A stretch of 64,000 nt of DNA, from assembly GCA_017513625.1 (NCBI GenBank), contig JAFXEW010000035.1, forward strand, positions 544-64,543, given 5' to 3'. Under the pieces are notes generated by a model. The model made no database searches. It was not told where the DNA came from and worked only from the letters and a program-made list of their open reading frames with translations. How positions within the stretch are numbered: the stretch's first letter is position 1; each line of letters opens with the position of its first letter. The position numbers were made by a program, and so were the translations under genes. Source of the DNA: Lachnospiraceae bacterium (GTDB lineage Bacteria > Bacillota > Clostridia > Lachnospirales > Lachnospiraceae). Below are positions 29,453 through 39,169 of this stretch, one piece after another.

Positions 29453-29499
29453 TTCCGCCCTTTCTAATCCTTCCCCTATTTACATAAACATTTCTCTGA

Positions 29500-30165
29500 T
29501 TAATAACCTTCCGTTACCTGACCTTTTAAAAGTCCCACTGCACGGGAAGTTCCGATACGCTCACATCCGAGACTGATAAACATCTCCAAATCTTCCAGTG
29601 TGGAAACACCGCCTGCAGCTTTCATCTTTACATTGGGACCGATATGTGCTTTAAACAGTTCAATATCAGCTTTGGTCGCACCGTCCGTACCAAAACCTGT
29701 AGATGTCTTAATATAGTCAGCACCGGCATTGGTAACCGCTTTACACATAGCGATTTTTTCTTCCTCGGTAAGATAGCAGGTTTCAATGATAACCTTCAGA
29801 ATGTGTTCTCCGCAGGCTGCTTTCATAGTACGGATTTCCTCTTCTACTTTATCATAAAGACCGTTCTTTACATCGGAAACATTGATTACCATATCGATTT
29901 CATTACAACCGTCTTCTAAAGCCTTCTTAACCTCTGCTACCTTGGCTTCCGTCACACAGTAACCGAGAGGGAATCCCACTACAGTACAAATATTTATCTT
30001 ATCACCATAAGTATCATGGATTCTTTTTATATATGCAGGAGGCACGCACACGCTGGCCGTATGATACTGTATTGCCTCATCGCAAAGCACTTTTATGTCC
30101 TCCCATGTAGCAAAAGCCTTTAACTGTGTGTGGTCTACCTTTTTTAACATTTCTGCTGCTGTCAT
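29500..30165 (-). CDS. deoC: Deoxyribose-phosphate aldolase
   Basis: DHTQLK, VVGFPLG, EIDMV, KVIIET, IKTSTGF, KAAGG, RIGTS; GGAGG before ATG 30165. Confidence 0.95.
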   Translation of the reverse strand: MTAAEMLKKVDHTQLKAFATWEDIKVLCDEAIQYHTASVCVPPAYIKRIHDTYGDKINICTVVGFPLGYCVTEAKVAEVKKALEDGCNEIDMVINVSDVKNGLYDKVEEEIRTMKAACGEHILKVIIETCYLTEEEKIAMCKAVTNAGADYIKTSTGFGTDGATKADIELFKAHIGPNVKMKAAGGVSTLEDLEMFISLGCERIGTSRAVGLLKGQVTEGY

Positions 30166-30236
30166 ATTCACATCCTCCATTAAATTTTTAGGTTTTAGCT
30201 ATATACCTGATTTTTACTTCTTACATTTATTCATAT

Positions 30237-30271
30237 AAAAAATCCATGCACTCTTTTTGCAAGTGCATGGA
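30237..30271 (-). terminator. Terminator after thrC
   Basis: TCCATGCACT/AGTGCATGGA arms with a T-run. Confidence 0.7.
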
Positions 30272-30284
30272 CCTTTTCCTTTTA

Positions 30285-31772
30285 TTACATATTCAGGAAG
30301 TCTCTCACTACCTGCTTCATTTCATCAACTTCACACTGTTTATCATGCAATACGGGTGCAGTACGGATCTCTTCAATTGCACCGGGTACCTTTACATTAG
30401 CCAGCTTGGACAATTCATCCACCAGCTCAAAATCTCCCATAGCATCATACTTTGTATCAATTGCATTCATAACGCTTCTGGTAAACTTAAAAGGACTTGC
30501 AGTAGATGCAATCACTGTTTTTGTGTCATCCTTTGTCTCAGCTTTATATTTCTCATATACTGCGGCAGCAACAGCTGTATGGGTATCAATAACATATCCG
30601 CAATCATTGTAGATACTGCGAATAATATCCGCTGTCTCATCTTCGGTTGCATAATTACCGTAGAAATCATTCAGCTGCTGTTTCATATCATAGGAAATCT
30701 CATATCTTCCCTGGCCGTTTAATGCAGTCATTAATGCCTTGTTCTTATCCGCATCGTTACCTGCAATACGGTAAATCAGTCTCTCCAGATTGCTGGAAAT
30801 TAATATATCCATGGAAGGAGATGTGGTCAACATAAACTCTCTGTTTCTGTCATATGTACCTGTACTGAAGAAATCGTACAAAACCTTATTATCATTGGAT
30901 GCACAAATCAGCTTAGCAATAGGCAGTCCCATATTCTTTGCATAGAAAGCAGCCAGAATATTGCCGAAATTACCGGTAGGTACTACTACATTGACAGCCT
31001 CTCCGGAAGCAATCTTCTCTTCCTTCAGTAACTTAGCATATGCATATACATAATAACAAATCTGGGGCACCAGGCGGCCGATATTAATAGAGTTTGCAGA
31101 GGAGAACTGGAAGCCCTTTTCTGCCATCTCTGCAGCCAGCTCCTTATCGGAGAAAATCTGCTTTACCCCGGTCTGTGCATCGTCAAAATTACCATGAATA
31201 CCTACTACCAGTGTATTATCACCCTTCTGGGTAACCATCTGCTTTTCCTGGATGGGACTAACACCGTTCTTAGGATAAAATACGATAATACGGGTTCCTT
31301 CTACACCTGCAAAGCCGGCAAGTGCAGCCTTACCGGTATCACCGGAGGTAGCGGTAAGGATTACGATTTCTTTGTCCATATGATTCTTACGTGCAGAAGT
31401 AATCATCAGATGAGGAAGAATGGATAAAGCCATATCCTTAAATGCAATGGTAGAACCATGGAATAATTCCAGATAATATGCGCCTTCTGCTTCTACCAAA
31501 GGAGCAATTTCTTCCGTGTCAAACTTTGCGTCATAAGCATTGTTGATACAATTCTTTAATTCTTCCTCGGTAAAGTCGGTTAAAAGCAGCTTCATTACTT
31601 CGTAGGCTACTTCCTGATAACTCATTTCTGCCAGTTCTTCCGGACTCTTGTCCAAAGCAGGAATCTGCTGGGGTACAAATAAACCTCCGTCATCGGACAA
31701 GCCTTTCAAGATAGCTTGTGATGCGGTTACGGGAGCACTGTCACTTCTGGTACTCTTATATAACACTTCCAT
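30285..31772 (-). CDS. thrC: Threonine synthase
   Basis: DGGLFVP, ELFHG.T.AFKD (PLP lysine), ATSGDTG, SANSINIGRL, PTGNFGN, SPSMDI..SSNLER. Confidence 0.95.
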   Translation of the reverse strand: MEVLYKSTRSDSAPVTASQAILKGLSDDGGLFVPQQIPALDKSPEELAEMSYQEVAYEVMKLLLTDFTEEELKNCINNAYDAKFDTEEIAPLVEAEGAYYLELFHGSTIAFKDMALSILPHLMITSARKNHMDKEIVILTATSGDTGKAALAGFAGVEGTRIIVFYPKNGVSPIQEKQMVTQKGDNTLVVGIHGNFDDAQTGVKQIFSDKELAAEMAEKGFQFSSANSINIGRLVPQICYYVYAYAKLLKEEKIASGEAVNVVVPTGNFGNILAAFYAKNMGLPIAKLICASNDNKVLYDFFSTGTYDRNREFMLTTSPSMDILISSNLERLIYRIAGNDADKNKALMTALNGQGRYEISYDMKQQLNDFYGNYATEDETADIIRSIYNDCGYVIDTHTAVAAAVYEKYKAETKDDTKTVIASTASPFKFTRSVMNAIDTKYDAMGDFELVDELSKLANVKVPGAIEEIRTAPVLHDKQCEVDEMKQVVRDFLNM

Positions 31773-31880
31773 ATCTAAACCTCTCATTCTGTAGTGCACA
31801 TGACCTTATTTATCTTCCGTTATGTTTTCATTAACAGCATTCTTCGGTCCAATGTGGTACTCAAATTGCAAATTTGCTAC

Positions 31881-31909
31881 ATTATAGCACAAATAGTATC
31901 TCTACGCAA
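31881..31909 (-). promoter_or_regulatory. sigmaA promoter of thrC, divergent from the AP2-like gene
   Basis: TTGCGT-N17-TATAAT with TG extension. Confidence 0.6.
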
Positions 31910-32012
31910 CACTTTAAACGACTAAAGCAACAGCCATAAATCCCTTGTTTATTGTGCAAAAAGTATGATATACTGATATTATAAATATTACTATTCATCC
32001 ATGAGGATTTCC

Positions 32013-32861
32013 ATGAAACAAAAAGACCATAAAAAGACCAATGTATACATAACAGATAAAATCCATTATGAAGGAGTATTTACTGCAATAAAAAAGGACG
32101 GTACTCTCTATTATCGTGCTTCCCTCACCCACAAAACCAGACACATCAGTCTGGGCAGTCATACTACACCTTCCGCAGCCCACGAAGCTTACCTGGAGGG
32201 CCAGCGTTTGCTTCATGGCGAAACCGCAATCATGGATTATACCTCCGAATCCCCTTTAGCATTTGAGAAATGGGTCATTCTGATAAACTTCCGTGATAAC
32301 GGTATTTATTTCGGTACCCCTATTTATGTGGGGCAGAAAATGTTTTATTACTATTTATCTCCCACCCATGTACTAAAATTTGATATGGACGATCTTTTTT
32401 ACTTTGCATCCCATAAAATCATGTGTCGCGGAAATCACTATTTTGTGGCAGATTACGGTATGCAGGTCAATATTGCTTCCCGTTTCAATATTAAAAACTA
32501 TGCCGTACCCGGCAGGGACTTCCGATTTCTAAACGGTGACTCCACTGACTTTAGACGTGAAAATCTGGAAATAACAAACACCTACCACGGTGTTATTCCC
32601 GAACACAAAAACGGACAGTACTATTATACTGTCCGCATTCATATCGTAGGTAATTATCTGGTGGGCAAGTACGCCACTGAATGGGAGGCCGCCATAGCAT
32701 ACAATAAAGCCATTGACATTCTGCGCAAACAGGGCATCCGCAAAAACTTTATCCCCAACTACATAGAAGGCATCTCTCCCAGTAAATATGCGGATATTTA
32801 CACAGAAATATCCATATCGCCCAAATTATATACTATTTCCGGGAATAATCAATCAGACTGA
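32013..32861 (+). CDS. Hypothetical protein with two AP2-like DNA-binding domains flanking a degenerate HNH module
   Basis: YEGV...YRASL...SLGSHTTPSAAHEAY; FRFLNGDSTDFRRENLEI; YHGV...YTVRI...LVGKYATEWEAAIAYNKA. GAGG RBS before ATG 32013; TTGTTT...TG.TATACT promoter upstream. Confidence 0.7.
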   Translation: MKQKDHKKTNVYITDKIHYEGVFTAIKKDGTLYYRASLTHKTRHISLGSHTTPSAAHEAYLEGQRLLHGETAIMDYTSESPLAFEKWVILINFRDNGIYFGTPIYVGQKMFYYYLSPTHVLKFDMDDLFYFASHKIMCRGNHYFVADYGMQVNIASRFNIKNYAVPGRDFRFLNGDSTDFRRENLEITNTYHGVIPEHKNGQYYYTVRIHIVGNYLVGKYATEWEAAIAYNKAIDILRKQGIRKNFIPNYIEGISPSKYADIYTEISISPKLYTISGNNQSD

Positions 32862-33918
32862 TACTCATCCTTGCATATCCGGATATACCGTCGATTTTCA
32901 CACTGTCACTATACTCCCACATGGTAAATTTGTAGGGATAATCAGGTATATCACCATGTTCACCGTACCATACATCATATTCACTTAATTTAGCAGGGTT
33001 CAGCTCACAAATCAGCCAGCTCTTATCTCCGTATAAAACAGGATGATATCCCGCACCTTCAATCACTTCCATAAAAGCTCTTGCTATCTTTGTTCTGTCA
33101 TTTCCGGATAAATCATCAGTCCTGCTTTCGTCATTAATAATATCGTTCATATCAAATCCTACAGGAAATTTTATATCAAGGCCCTCTATACTCTTCAGGA
33201 CCATGGAAGCCTCTTCCCTTGCTTCTTCTATAGTGATTGCCTGGGAACAAAAATACACGCCCACATCCAGGCCTGCCGCATCTGCTTTCTCTACATTTTC
33301 TTTAAAAGCCTCATCTGCTACTATTTTGCCGGTACTATATCCTCTGGTGCCTGCTTTTATCATACAGAAATCAATCCCACCTGACTTTAACTTCTCAAAA
33401 TCAACCGCTCCCGACTCTTCAGATATCCTGACACCGGCATAGGAAACCTCTTTATCTTCCATGAAATATTTCATAATATTTCCATGTCGTATGAAGGAAG
33501 TAGGTTCATATCTGTTAGCAGGAATACTGTCATTAATAGCCACCCATTCCTGACTGTCGTCCTTAAATGTCACCAGCGTACGGTATCCGTCCGATAAGCC
33601 GTCGCCCGTTTCTTCCTCCTCAGTCCAGTGAGATTCATATGCTGTTTCCGTAGAAACATCTTCCTCTTCTTCAGAAGAATATTTGTCCCAAAAATCCAAA
33701 TCTTCGGGCTTTAAAGTACCTGCAGTAAAAGATTCCTCCGATGTATTACTCTCCTGCACTAACAAGGATTCTTTTTCATTATCACCGTCTGAGGATTGGA
33801 CATTGCTTACCAGTACAATCACAAAAATCAAAAGAATAAACAATGTCACACTGACAACGGCTGTAAAAACAGCCGAACTCATACCGCCGCTCTCTTCATA
33901 ATCATCCGGCAACTGCAT
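32833..33918 (-). CDS. Membrane-anchored GH25 (lysozyme M1-like) protein, probably inactive
   Basis: TM segment, acidic linker, GIDFCMIKAG.RGY, GLDVGVYF.SQA..EEA.EEA, MWEYS..IDGI. Confidence 0.8.
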   Translation of the reverse strand: MQLPDDYEESGGMSSAVFTAVVSVTLFILLIFVIVLVSNVQSSDGDNEKESLLVQESNTSEESFTAGTLKPEDLDFWDKYSSEEEEDVSTETAYESHWTEEEETGDGLSDGYRTLVTFKDDSQEWVAINDSIPANRYEPTSFIRHGNIMKYFMEDKEVSYAGVRISEESGAVDFEKLKSGGIDFCMIKAGTRGYSTGKIVADEAFKENVEKADAAGLDVGVYFCSQAITIEEAREEASMVLKSIEGLDIKFPVGFDMNDIINDESRTDDLSGNDRTKIARAFMEVIEGAGYHPVLYGDKSWLICELNPAKLSEYDVWYGEHGDIPDYPYKFTMWEYSDSVKIDGISGYARMSISLIDYSRK

Positions 33919-33948
33919 ATATCCACCTCCTTCCGGATTCTTATATCA

Positions 33949-34746
33949 TTATGCCCTCACTATACACTTTTTAGGACATTTCTCTGCACAAACACCACAT
34001 CCGGTACACTTCTCATGATCGATAACAGCATGAAAATCCTCTACATGCACCGCTTCCTGAGGACAGTTCTTCACACAAATACCGCAACCGATACATCCTG
34101 CCTGACAGGCTTTCATAGTCACAGGCCCTTTGTCCTTAGAGCTGCAGCCAACAACCATATGCGCACTATAGGGAATCAGACTGATTAAATGCTTAGGACA
34201 TGCATCCACACATTTGTTGCAGGCCTTACATTTCTCTTTATCTACTACAGCCACACCATCCACTACGGAAATGGCCTCAAAGGGACATACCTTTACGCAG
34301 GTACCGTAACCAAGACAACCATGTGAGCAACTTTTGGGGCCGCCTGCAGGCACAAAACTCATGATAGCGCAATCTTTCTCACCATAATACTCATAGTCAG
34401 AATGAGTTTTTTCGCAGGTACCGATACAATGGACAAAAGCCACCATGCGCTCGCCTGCCTCTGCCTCTACACCCATGATTTCTCCTATAGCCGCAGCAAC
34501 ACTTTCTCCGCCCACAGGACATGCATTCACAGGTGCTTCTCCTTTTACAATGGCTGAAGCTAATCCTGAGCAGCCGGGGAAACCGCATCCTCCGCAGTTA
34601 TTTCCGGGCAATGCCCCCAACACCTTTTCTTCTCTTTCATCCACTTCCACTTTAAATTTCAGGCCTGCAACTCCCAGAAACAGACCCACAAATATTCCAA
34701 CTATACCCACAATCAGAGTCGCTGTAATTATTCCAGTTATATTCAT
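33949..34746 (-). CDS. rnfB: Rnf complex subunit B
   Basis: LPGNNCGGCGFPGC, CPVGG, several CxxCxxCxxxCP motifs. Confidence 0.9.
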   Translation of the reverse strand: MNITGIITATLIVGIVGIFVGLFLGVAGLKFKVEVDEREEKVLGALPGNNCGGCGFPGCSGLASAIVKGEAPVNACPVGGESVAAAIGEIMGVEAEAGERMVAFVHCIGTCEKTHSDYEYYGEKDCAIMSFVPAGGPKSCSHGCLGYGTCVKVCPFEAISVVDGVAVVDKEKCKACNKCVDACPKHLISLIPYSAHMVVGCSSKDKGPVTMKACQAGCIGCGICVKNCPQEAVHVEDFHAVIDHEKCTGCGVCAEKCPKKCIVRA

Positions 34747-34782
34747 ACGCAATCCTTACCTTTCCCTTCTGCTGAACATTAA

Positions 34783-35367
34783 TCAGAGAAGACCGGAAAA
34801 TCCGCAAAATGCTATTGCCATAAGCCCTGCTGTCAAAAGTACCGTGGGCATCCCTTTGAAGGACTCGGGAATATCATTAAATTCCATCTTTTCCCTGATA
34901 CCCGCCAGAATAATAATGGCAATGGTAAAACCAAGGGCTGTCGCAAATCCGTTCACAATACCGGCAAGAATGCCATATTCCTTCTGTACATTGGTAAGTG
35001 CTACACCCAGAACCGCACAGTTAGTTGTAATCAATGGCAGGTACACACCAAGGGACTGGTACAATGAAGGAATTACCTTACGCAAAAACATCTCCACAAA
35101 CTGCACAAGTGCCGCAATGACAAGAATAAACACTATGGTCTGCAAATACTCCGCTTCCAGAGGTTGCAAGATAAATTTATAAATAAGACCCGCCACTGCA
35201 CTTGCAAGGGTAATAACAAATATAACAGCCGCTCCCATACCTGCAGCCGTATTGGTCTTTTTGGACACTCCAAGGAAAGGACAAAGTCCTAAAAACTGGC
35301 TGAGCACTACATTACTTACCAGAGAGGAACCAACTAACAATAACAATAATTCTTTTACTGTATCCAT
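34783..35367 (-). CDS. rnfA: Rnf complex subunit A
   Basis: QFLGLCPFLGVS, YLPLITTNCAVLG. Confidence 0.9.
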   Translation of the reverse strand: MDTVKELLLLLVGSSLVSNVVLSQFLGLCPFLGVSKKTNTAAGMGAAVIFVITLASAVAGLIYKFILQPLEAEYLQTIVFILVIAALVQFVEMFLRKVIPSLYQSLGVYLPLITTNCAVLGVALTNVQKEYGILAGIVNGFATALGFTIAIIILAGIREKMEFNDIPESFKGMPTVLLTAGLMAIAFCGFSGLL

Positions 35368-36102
35368 TTACCTTTCCTCCTCTTTCTCAGTTTCCGTATC
35401 GGCCTCTGCCGCTTTTTCATCATAAAAACGGGAGCTGCAACCGCTTTCCGCACAGGAAGCACAATCGTGTCCGCATCCTGAAGGCTTACGCACTTCCTTA
35501 CCTGAAGCTTTTGCCCTGATCTTCAGATAATTCTGAAATGCCGTCAATACAGCCAGTACAAAGAACGCACCGGGGGCAAGTATAAAAATATTAATAGGCA
35601 CATACCCCTCAGGCATAACCGTCATTTCAAACAAAGTACCTGCTCCCAAAAGTTCCCTTACAGCACCTATCAAGGTCAGCGCAAGTGAAAAACCAAGGCC
35701 CATGCCGATACCGTCAAAAAGGGAGGGCAACATACTGTGTGAATATGCATAACTTTCCGCTCTGCCCAGGATGATACAATTAACCACTATTAAAGGTATA
35801 TAAACACCAAGGGCTTTATTTAAGTCCGGTAAATATGCTTTTAAAAGCAATTCAACACAGGTTACAAAGGTTGCAATAATAACAATAAATGCAGGAATAC
35901 GCACTCTGGAAGGAATCACCTTACGAAGTGCGGAAATAATCAGGTTACTCATGGCTAATACTACAGTGGTAGTAAGCCCCATTCCCAGACCATTCTTGGC
36001 CGAAGTGGTCACCGCAAGGGTGGGACACATACCAAGCACAAGCACAAAAGTAGGGTTTTCTTTGATCATTCCGTTGTACAGCCGTTCCAACAAATTCTTC
36101 AT
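35368..36102 (-). CDS. rnfE: Rnf complex subunit E
   Basis: ENP..LGMCPTLAVT, PLIVVNCIILGRAE; C-terminal CxxxCxxC tail. Confidence 0.9.
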   Translation of the reverse strand: MKNLLERLYNGMIKENPTFVLVLGMCPTLAVTTSAKNGLGMGLTTTVVLAMSNLIISALRKVIPSRVRIPAFIVIIATFVTCVELLLKAYLPDLNKALGVYIPLIVVNCIILGRAESYAYSHSMLPSLFDGIGMGLGFSLALTLIGAVRELLGAGTLFEMTVMPEGYVPINIFILAPGAFFVLAVLTAFQNYLKIRAKASGKEVRKPSGCGHDCASCAESGCSSRFYDEKAAEADTETEKEEER

Positions 36103-36735
36103 TTACTGTCCCTCCTTTGCCATGCCGTTTGTCTGTAAAATATCCTGTACAGCCACTAACGCACCGTTTACCGCATTGGTTACGGCCTTAGTGGTAATGG
36201 TTGCGCCGCTTATGGCATCTATTTCACTTTCAGAGGTGCTTCCCGTCTTGGTATATGTAAAGCTTTCCACTGCCTTATCGGCAAACTGAGGAACCAGCAC
36301 CTTCTCCGCAAGCATACCCAGTCCGGGAGTTTCAGATATCTCTAAAATACTGATACCGTTCAGCTTTCCGGATGTGGTAATACCCGCATACAGCACAATA
36401 TCTCCGGCATAAGCTTCTTCAGATATGGCCTCCACCACATATCCCAAGAGTCTGCCTTCTGCATCTTTTGCTTCATATACAGTACCGATGGATACACCTT
36501 TATCCTGAATCAGTGTTAAAGTATCTTCCGTCAATTGCAAAGAATATTCTGCAAAAGAGTCCGCCTCTTCAAACACTTCTCCGCATGCCCTTTGAATTGC
36601 CAGCTCCTGTTGTCTGGCAATGGGTTCCTTGGTAAGTTCATATACAAACCCCAAAAGCAAACCCGCACCCAGTGTAATAATCAAAAGCACCAGGGCTTCC
36701 TTTAACATGATTTTTACATCGCTGTTATTTTTCAT
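36103..36735 (-). CDS. rnfG: Rnf complex subunit G
   Basis: ETPGLG; FMN-attachment motif DAISGATIT. Confidence 0.9.
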   Translation of the reverse strand: MKNNSDVKIMLKEALVLLIITLGAGLLLGFVYELTKEPIARQQELAIQRACGEVFEEADSFAEYSLQLTEDTLTLIQDKGVSIGTVYEAKDAEGRLLGYVVEAISEEAYAGDIVLYAGITTSGKLNGISILEISETPGLGMLAEKVLVPQFADKAVESFTYTKTGSTSESEIDAISGATITTKAVTNAVNGALVAVQDILQTNGMAKEGQ

Positions 36736-37661
36736 CCCTTATTCCTCCTTACACCGAAGGCTGCAGGCTTCGTTACTTTTTCAATTAAAGGCACCAGCAG
36801 ATTACCTATGATAATGGCATAGGAAACACCTTCCGCACCGGGCCCGAACACACGGAACACACCTGTCATAATACCTAAAAAGACACCGAATACAATCTGT
36901 CCCATGGGTGTAACCGGTCTGGTCACATAATCCGTTGCCATAAAGAACGCACCAAGCATCAGGCCGCCACCTGCCAGCTGTGCGGATATATACCGGGGAT
37001 CCAAACCGTTCCCACCGAATAATACAATAAATATCACAAAGGTAACAATATAACTACCGGGAACTTTCAGGTCAATAATCCCTAAAAGAATCAGGATACA
37101 TGCTCCGATAATAATGGCAATCATACTGGTTTCACCAATGGTTCCTGCCACATTACCCATAATCATATCATGTACATTTACCTCTCCACCTGCTTTTAAC
37201 ACAGCCAGCGGTGTCGCTCCCGAATATGCATCACAAGCAAAATCAGTCATATATGCAGGAAAAGAAATAAGCAGGAAACATCTGGCTCCCAAAGCAGGAT
37301 TCATAAAATTCTGTCCCAGGCCTCCAAATAAAAGTTTTACTACTAAAATGGCAAAAACTCCGCCCAGTGCCGCCATCCAGAGCGGAATACCTACCGGAAG
37401 ATTCAGCGCAAGCAATAGTCCCGTAACTACGGCAGACAAATCACTTATCGTAGGCTTCTTTCTGCAAAAACCATATACAAATTCAGTAAGCACCGTAGAT
37501 GCAACTGTTACCAATATTACCCAGAGTGCCCGGATTCCGAAATTATAAATACCAAATCCGGTGGCTGGTAATAAAGCAATAATCACTGCCATCATAATAC
37601 CGGAAGTGGTAACTTTAGACCGGATATGAGGATTTGCAGATACTTTATACATTTCACTCAC
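36732..37661 (-). CDS. rnfD: Rnf complex subunit D
   Basis: FGGLGQNFMNPA, SGATPL, GETS, FFMATDYVT. Confidence 0.9.
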   Translation of the reverse strand: MSEMYKVSANPHIRSKVTTSGIMMAVIIALLPATGFGIYNFGIRALWVILVTVASTVLTEFVYGFCRKKPTISDLSAVVTGLLLALNLPVGIPLWMAALGGVFAILVVKLLFGGLGQNFMNPALGARCFLLISFPAYMTDFACDAYSGATPLAVLKAGGEVNVHDMIMGNVAGTIGETSMIAIIIGACILILLGIIDLKVPGSYIVTFVIFIVLFGGNGLDPRYISAQLAGGGLMLGAFFMATDYVTRPVTPMGQIVFGVFLGIMTGVFRVFGPGAEGVSYAIIIGNLLVPLIEKVTKPAAFGVRRNKG

Positions 37662-37673
37662 TTTTGCATCCTC

Positions 37674-38990
37674 CTACTTTTTTCTTTTTGCAAGTAAAGT
37701 TTTACGCATGGATTTAATCTGCTGTGTCAAATGACGCTTAGCTGGACATGCAAAAGAGCAACATCCGCATTCCACACATTCCATACCGTAATTTTTTATA
37801 AATTCCTCTTCCATTCCATGTGCAGCATATTCCGCAAGCATACCCGGCATTATCCTGCTGGGACAGGCTTCCATACATTTTCCGCAGTTAATACATGCAC
37901 TGGGTTCCATTTCAGCCACCTGGTCCTTTGTAAATGCCAGTAATGCCGTGGATATCTTGGTGGTAGGCACGTTAAGGTCAAACATGGCAAATCCCATCAT
38001 AGGCCCACCGCAGATAATCTTCTCCGGTGTCCCTTTGAAACCTCCTGCCGCTTCAAGCAATTCCTGATAATTAGTTCCTATTTTAACTCTGAAGTTCCTT
38101 GGATTCATAACCGCATCACCAGTTACGGTAATGATTCTCTCCATAAGCGGCTTACCTTCCATTACTGCCCTGTAAACTGCCACTATGGTATCCACATTAT
38201 TTACGATACATCCCACATCTGCGGGTAGATTAGCCGAACTGATTTTACGGCCGGTAGTGGCAAATATCAATTGACGCTCTGCACCCTGGGGATATTTGGT
38301 TTTCAAAGCCTTTACGGTAATACGTGTTTCATTTGCAGTCAGCTGCTTTAAAAGCTTGATACAATCCGGTTTATTATCCTCTACCGCTAAAATGCCCTGC
38401 GCTTTATCAAACAGTCTCAAAATGATTTTCAAACCGCTGATTAACTTTTCCGGTTCTTCCAGCATTCTGCGGTAATCACTGGTGAGATAGGGTTCACACT
38501 CTGCACAATTGGCTATTACATACTCAATTCTATCCGGCTCTTTAGGCGACAACTTCACATAGGTAGGGAAACCGGCTCCGCCCATTCCCACAATACCTGC
38601 CTCTTTGATGCAATGGATAATGTCCTCCTTTTCCATCTTTTCAAGAGGCATTTCAGGATAAAATCCAACATCTTCATATATGCCGTCATTCTCAATAATA
38701 ATACTTTTTACCATATCTCCCGTAACCACTCGGCGGTCTTCTATAGCCTTAACGGTTCCGGACACGGAAGCATAGACAGGTGCAGATATAAAGCCGCTGC
38801 TTTCTGCGATTTTCTGTCCTGCAAGTACCCTGTCACCCTTTGCCACAACAGGCGTTGCAGGTGCACCGATATGCTGGGATAAAGGATACACCAGTTCTCC
38901 CTTGGGAAGCAGGTCTGCGATTGGTTTATCTTTCGACAGGTCTTTCCCGTCATAGGGATGTATTCCCCCCACAAAAGTCAACTTAGCCAT
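37674..38990 (-). CDS. rnfC: Rnf complex subunit C
   Basis: QHIGAP, GMGGAGFPT, ECEPYLT, KYPQGAE, GGPMMG, two 4Fe-4S motifs. Confidence 0.95.
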   Translation of the reverse strand: MAKLTFVGGIHPYDGKDLSKDKPIADLLPKGELVYPLSQHIGAPATPVVAKGDRVLAGQKIAESSGFISAPVYASVSGTVKAIEDRRVVTGDMVKSIIIENDGIYEDVGFYPEMPLEKMEKEDIIHCIKEAGIVGMGGAGFPTYVKLSPKEPDRIEYVIANCAECEPYLTSDYRRMLEEPEKLISGLKIILRLFDKAQGILAVEDNKPDCIKLLKQLTANETRITVKALKTKYPQGAERQLIFATTGRKISSANLPADVGCIVNNVDTIVAVYRAVMEGKPLMERIITVTGDAVMNPRNFRVKIGTNYQELLEAAGGFKGTPEKIICGGPMMGFAMFDLNVPTTKISTALLAFTKDQVAEMEPSACINCGKCMEACPSRIMPGMLAEYAAHGMEEEFIKNYGMECVECGCCSFACPAKRHLTQQIKSMRKTLLAKRKK

Positions 38991-39169
38991 AATCTGTCCT
39001 CGCTTTTACATTTCAACAAATATTACACACAACTATCATAAATATACTAAATTTTTAAAGAAAATACTACAGAAATTTCAAAAAATGTGCTATGATTCAT
39101 ATAGAATTATATGCATATCAGTTTATAAAATATATCCATACCGAAACCAATCGGCAGACAGGAGGTTCC

